Below are positions 62,753 through 64,000 of a stretch of 64,000 nt of DNA, in pieces (the stretch's first letter is position 1; each line of letters opens with the position of its first letter). The notes beneath the pieces are model-generated. The model did not search any database and was not told the origin of the DNA. It saw only the letters and a program-made list of their open reading frames with translations. The position numbers and the translations under genes were made by a program. The DNA comes from Candidatus Poribacteria bacterium (GTDB lineage: Bacteria > Poribacteria > WGA-4E > GCA-2687025). Location: NCBI GenBank assembly GCA_963665845.2, contig OY762492.1, positions 2,208,001 through 2,272,000 on the forward strand. Direction: 5' to 3'.

Positions 62753-62997
62753 GTCATTCCCGTGAAAACGGGAATCTTAAGGCATCGCAGCCGCCGGCCT
62801 TTTAAAAAAAGAAAGGGCGGTACGCTCATGCGGGATTTTCATTGTCGTCATTCCCGCGTAAGCGGGAATCTTAGCATCGTAGTTGCCGCGCTCGTCTTTT
62901 AAACCCCCTAGCCCCCCTTTTCAAGGGGGGAATCGGATGGGCGCCCTTTTTCAAGGGGAATCGGATGGGCGCCCTTTTTCAAGGGGAATCGGATGAG
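62753..62997. repeat. Host REP-like palindromes inside the phage head operon
   Basis: Two ATTCCC-N8-GGGAAT copies, CCCCCCTTTTCAAGGGGGG and a ~29-bp tandem repeat. Confidence 0.85.
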
Positions 62998-63046
62998 TCG
63001 GTCGGCGGTTCTGCCGCCGGCTTTTTAAAAGAAAGGAGAAACGCGC

Positions 63047-63451
63047 ATGGCGTATTCCAACGTCTCCGACATTCAAAAGCTGTTCGCAAACATCGTCTTT
63101 GACGCTTCCTCGCCTGTGACCAGCTCCGACATCGAATCGAAGCATATACCGAAAGCGGACGCCTATATCGACGCGCGGCTGCGCAGCCGGTATGAGACGC
63201 CGATTTCAGCGGATGGCGACCTGGAATTGATGCGGCTCATCAGTTCGAATCTCGCGGCGGGTTTCGTCGCCGAGGTGTTGTATGAAACGTCGCAGCAGCC
63301 GAACGATCAGGCGTCTGCGCGTCAACGGCGCGGCTTTGCCGAGGAGCTGCTTGATCAGATCATGGAGGGAACGGCGGTTCTTGAAACGCCGAGAAAGCCG
63401 ATCGCCGGCATTGTCGGCGCGGGTTCGTCCTTGGCGGGGGAGGATGCTTGA
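63047..63451 (+). CDS. Head-tail connector (Mu gp36/DUF1320-like)
   Basis: MAYSNVSDI, ADAYIDARLRSRYETPI, AEELLDQIMEG. Confidence 0.75.
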   Translation: MAYSNVSDIQKLFANIVFDASSPVTSSDIESKHIPKADAYIDARLRSRYETPISADGDLELMRLISSNLAAGFVAEVLYETSQQPNDQASARQRRGFAEELLDQIMEGTAVLETPRKPIAGIVGAGSSLAGEDA

Positions 63452-63970
63452 ATGGCGTATGTCGTTCTTTCCGAAAAGCAAGCGGCGGCGTCCGAACATA
63501 CGTTGGAGGGGTTGAAGCGGCTGAAAGCGGTTCTGGACGCGAACGCGGCGGTACTGAAGTCGGGCGGGCGCTCGGCTGTGTCGACAACCGTCTTTACGGG
63601 CGCGCAGCATGCTATCGGGCGGTTTCCAGCGATACAGGCGGAAGCCGCTGAAGCGTACGAGGAGCCGACAGGGATGCGCTGGGGGGCGGTCAGCCTGCTG
63701 TATATGCGCTTTCGGCTCTTTGCGTTCGATATTGCGCTGGGGCGTCCGTCGGCTCTGGCGGAGAACCTGGCGCAGTTCAGCGACCGCATTCAGGCGGTGT
63801 TGCGGAAAAACAGGACGCTGGACGGGTTCTGCCGAAATGTGCATATCGATAAGGTGGTGCATGGGCGTCTTCGCGGCGGACCGCGCAGTTCGAATCCGGT
63901 GTTTGCGTCGCATCCGATCTTGGCGGCGCAGATCGATGCGACCGTTGAAAAAGCGATTGAGCGCGATTAA
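63452..63970 (+). CDS. Putative phage neck/tail-completion protein
   Basis: Abuts the gp36-like gene; FPAI and VLRKNRTLDG motifs. Confidence 0.5.
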   Translation: MAYVVLSEKQAAASEHTLEGLKRLKAVLDANAAVLKSGGRSAVSTTVFTGAQHAIGRFPAIQAEAAEAYEEPTGMRWGAVSLLYMRFRLFAFDIALGRPSALAENLAQFSDRIQAVLRKNRTLDGFCRNVHIDKVVHGRLRGGPRSSNPVFASHPILAAQIDATVEKAIERD

Positions 63971-63994
63971 ACAAAACAAGAGGAAGGAGAGCCG

Positions 63995-64000
63995 ATGACG
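63995..64000 (+). CDS. Start of the next gene of the phage-like operon (truncated by window edge)
   Basis: GGAAGGAG RBS followed by ATGACG. Confidence 0.45.

Overview
GC-rich bacterial chromosomal segment. Its content (WD40, ankyrin and NHL repeat proteins, Gfo/Idh/MocA oxidoreductases, PhyH, a sulfatase-fold enzyme, five DNA methyltransferases, dense intergenic palindromes) resembles sponge-symbiont genomes such as Ca. Poribacteria; that assignment is inference only. Housekeeping genes include lolA, two sigma factors, larE, cstA, nadB, comF, serS, tRNA-Asp and tRNA-Val. The most notable signal is a split, host-like set of phage head genes. A lone, intact large terminase (42925-44358, - strand) sits among host genes about 15 kb from a Mu-like portal/protease/decoration/capsid/neck operon (59042 to the window end, + strand). 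No integrase, replication gene or small terminase is visible, and host repeats lie inside the operon, so it is a candidate gene-transfer-agent-like (domesticated phage) system. Other candidates are several uncharacterised defence-like cassettes (anchorless transglycosylase + nucleotidyltransferase; DUF4209/HEPN + orphan MazF; MTase-HNH/DUF4365/unknown/Fic), two paralogous MTases with swapped nuclease tails, and a nested REP/MITE repeat system built on an ATTCCC-N8-GGGAAT core. All family calls are by motif recognition; no database searches were run.
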